From assembly GCF_000186885.1 (NCBI RefSeq), contig NC_014972.1, positions 420,001 through 452,000 of the forward strand: 32,000 nt of DNA. Reading direction: 5' to 3'. Source of the stretch: Desulfobulbus propionicus DSM 2032. GTDB taxonomy: Bacteria; Desulfobacterota; Desulfobulbia; Desulfobulbales; Desulfobulbaceae. The first letter of the stretch is position 1; each line of letters starts with the position of its first letter. Shown one piece after another: positions 31,005 through 32,000 of this stretch. The notes beneath the pieces were generated by a model that did no database searches, had not been told where the DNA came from, and was given only the letters and a program-made list of their open reading frames with translations. The position numbers were made by a program, and so were the translations under genes.

Positions 31005-32000
31005 ATGTCCAGACTCAACGGCGCCCAACTCATCATCGGTTTCCTGGAACGACAGGGAATTCGCATTGTCAGCGGTATCCCCGGCGGAGCCAACCTGCCC
31101 TTGTACGACGCCCTGGCGTCCAGCCCGACCATCCGCCACGTGCTTGCCCGCCATGAGCAAGGCGCGGGTTTTATCGCCCAAGGCATGGCGCGCGCAAGTG
31201 GCCAAATCGGCGTCTGTTTTGCCACATCCGGCCCCGGCGCGACCAATATCCTCACCGCCCTGGCCGACGCCTTTCTCGATTCCGTGCCTCTGGTCTGCAT
31301 CACCGGCCAGGTGGCGCGCTCCCTGCTCGGCACCGACGCCTTCCAGGAGGTCGACACCTACGGCCTGTCCATGCCGATCACCAAACACAATTACCTGGTG
31401 CGCTCGGCCGCCGAGCTGCTCACCATCCTGCCCAAGGCCTTTCACCTGGCCGGTTCCGGCCGACCTGGACCGGTGCTGATCGACGTGCCCAAGGACGTGC
31501 AGACCGAGGTGGTGGAGTTCGGAGCCTGGCCTGAACTGGTCTCGACCGCCGATCACCAGCCCGGCTGTCCGGAGTCGATCCGGACCGCGGCCACGATGAT
31601 CAACGAGGCAGAGCGGCCGATCCTCTATCTCGGAGGCGGGGTCATCCATGCCGGGGCGGCGGCCGAGGCCCGCCGCCTGGCCGAGCAAGGCGCCATCCCC
31701 ACGGTTATGACCCTGATGGGGCTGGGCATCCTGCCCTCGGACCACCCACTCTCCTTGGGCATGCTCGGCATGCATGCCTGCCGCGCCACCAACTTGGCCA
31801 TGGAGGAGTGCGATCTGCTCATCGCCGCCGGGGTGCGCTTCGACGACCGGGCCACCGGCCGGATCAGCGACTTTTGCCCCAAGGCCAAGGTCATTCACGT
31901 GGACATCGATGCCAGCGAGATCAACAAGCTGCGGCCGGCCGACGCCGGCATCACTGGCGATGCCCGCCACGCTTTTGCCGCCCTTCTGCCCCAGGTGCGA
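31005..32000 (+). CDS. ilvB: Acetolactate synthase (AHAS) large subunit, N-terminal 332 codons; continues past the window end
   Basis: AGGAGG precedes the ATG. The translation begins MSRLNGAQLIIGFLERQGIRIVSGIPGGANLPLYDAL and continues with RHVLARHEQGAGFIAQGMAR. It also contains SGPGATN and ITGQV...GTDAFQEVD, followed by ITKHNYLV and GRPGPVLIDVPKDVQ. It is nearly colinear with E. coli IlvB as I recall it. No stop codon occurs before 32000. Confidence 0.9.
   Translation, partial: MSRLNGAQLIIGFLERQGIRIVSGIPGGANLPLYDALASSPTIRHVLARHEQGAGFIAQGMARASGQIGVCFATSGPGATNILTALADAFLDSVPLVCITGQVARSLLGTDAFQEVDTYGLSMPITKHNYLVRSAAELLTILPKAFHLAGSGRPGPVLIDVPKDVQTEVVEFGAWPELVSTADHQPGCPESIRTAATMINEAERPILYLGGGVIHAGAAAEARRLAEQGAIPTVMTLMGLGILPSDHPLSLGMLGMHACRATNLAMEECDLLIAAGVRFDDRATGRISDFCPKAKVIHVDIDASEINKLRPADAGITGDARHAFAALLPQVR

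Noticed and set aside
29511-31970. Minus-strand ORFs 29511..30932 (473 aa), 30785..31357 (190 aa) and 30987..31970 (327 aa)
   Set aside because: They lie antisense to the radical SAM gene, the ilv leader/attenuator and ilvB respectively. They cross obvious non-coding elements (a terminator and an RBS) and show shadow-ORF composition.

Overview
The window has two parts, called here from motif recognition only (no database or HMM search was possible).

**1..~6150, lower GC.** This is the right-hand end of an integrated filamentous (inovirus-like) prophage.
- A minus-strand morphogenesis module holds a pV-like candidate and four 40-50 aa hydrophobic coat-type ORFs. Three of these ORFs are below the cut-off of the supplied ORF track.
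- The module continues with a Zot/pI-type P-loop ATPase, a coupled TM/Cys-rich protein and a pIII-like protein.
- A divergent CI-type repressor is flanked by operator-like palindromes, and a HigB/HigA-type toxin-antitoxin pair follows.
- The junction carries a 48-nt 3' fragment of tRNA-Glu(UUC) followed by an intrinsic terminator, as expected for an attR.
- No integrase or Rep gene lies in the window, and the left end is cut off.

**~6150..32000, GC-rich chromosome.** The gene content suggests an anaerobic, sigma-54-rich, Desulfobacterota-like organism, but this is only a guess.
- The most unusual locus spans 7815..20574. An FHA-GAF-sigma54 activator is followed by a consensus -24/-12 promoter and an eleven-gene same-strand operon.
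- That operon encodes two secreted GNNN-repeat (curlin-like) proteins and a CsgG/HfaB-like lipoprotein fused to a peptidoglycan-binding domain.
- It also encodes a VWA protein, an Rv1747-type FHA-FHA-ABC exporter, a Hanks Ser/Thr kinase, a lipoprotein and a PP2C phosphatase.
- I read it as a candidate phosphothreonine-gated, curli-like fibre export system, and I do not recognise it as a described system.
- Downstream lie an OFA-type MFS transporter, UvdE, long-form Pta, a DMT transporter and a DUF523/DUF1722 protein.
- The mercury-methylation pair hgcA-hgcB is present with its signature motifs, next to a divergent PflX-like radical SAM gene.
- A Val-run leader peptide plus attenuator precedes a partial ilvB.

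Most long antisense ORFs in the GC-rich part are shadow ORFs and were rejected.
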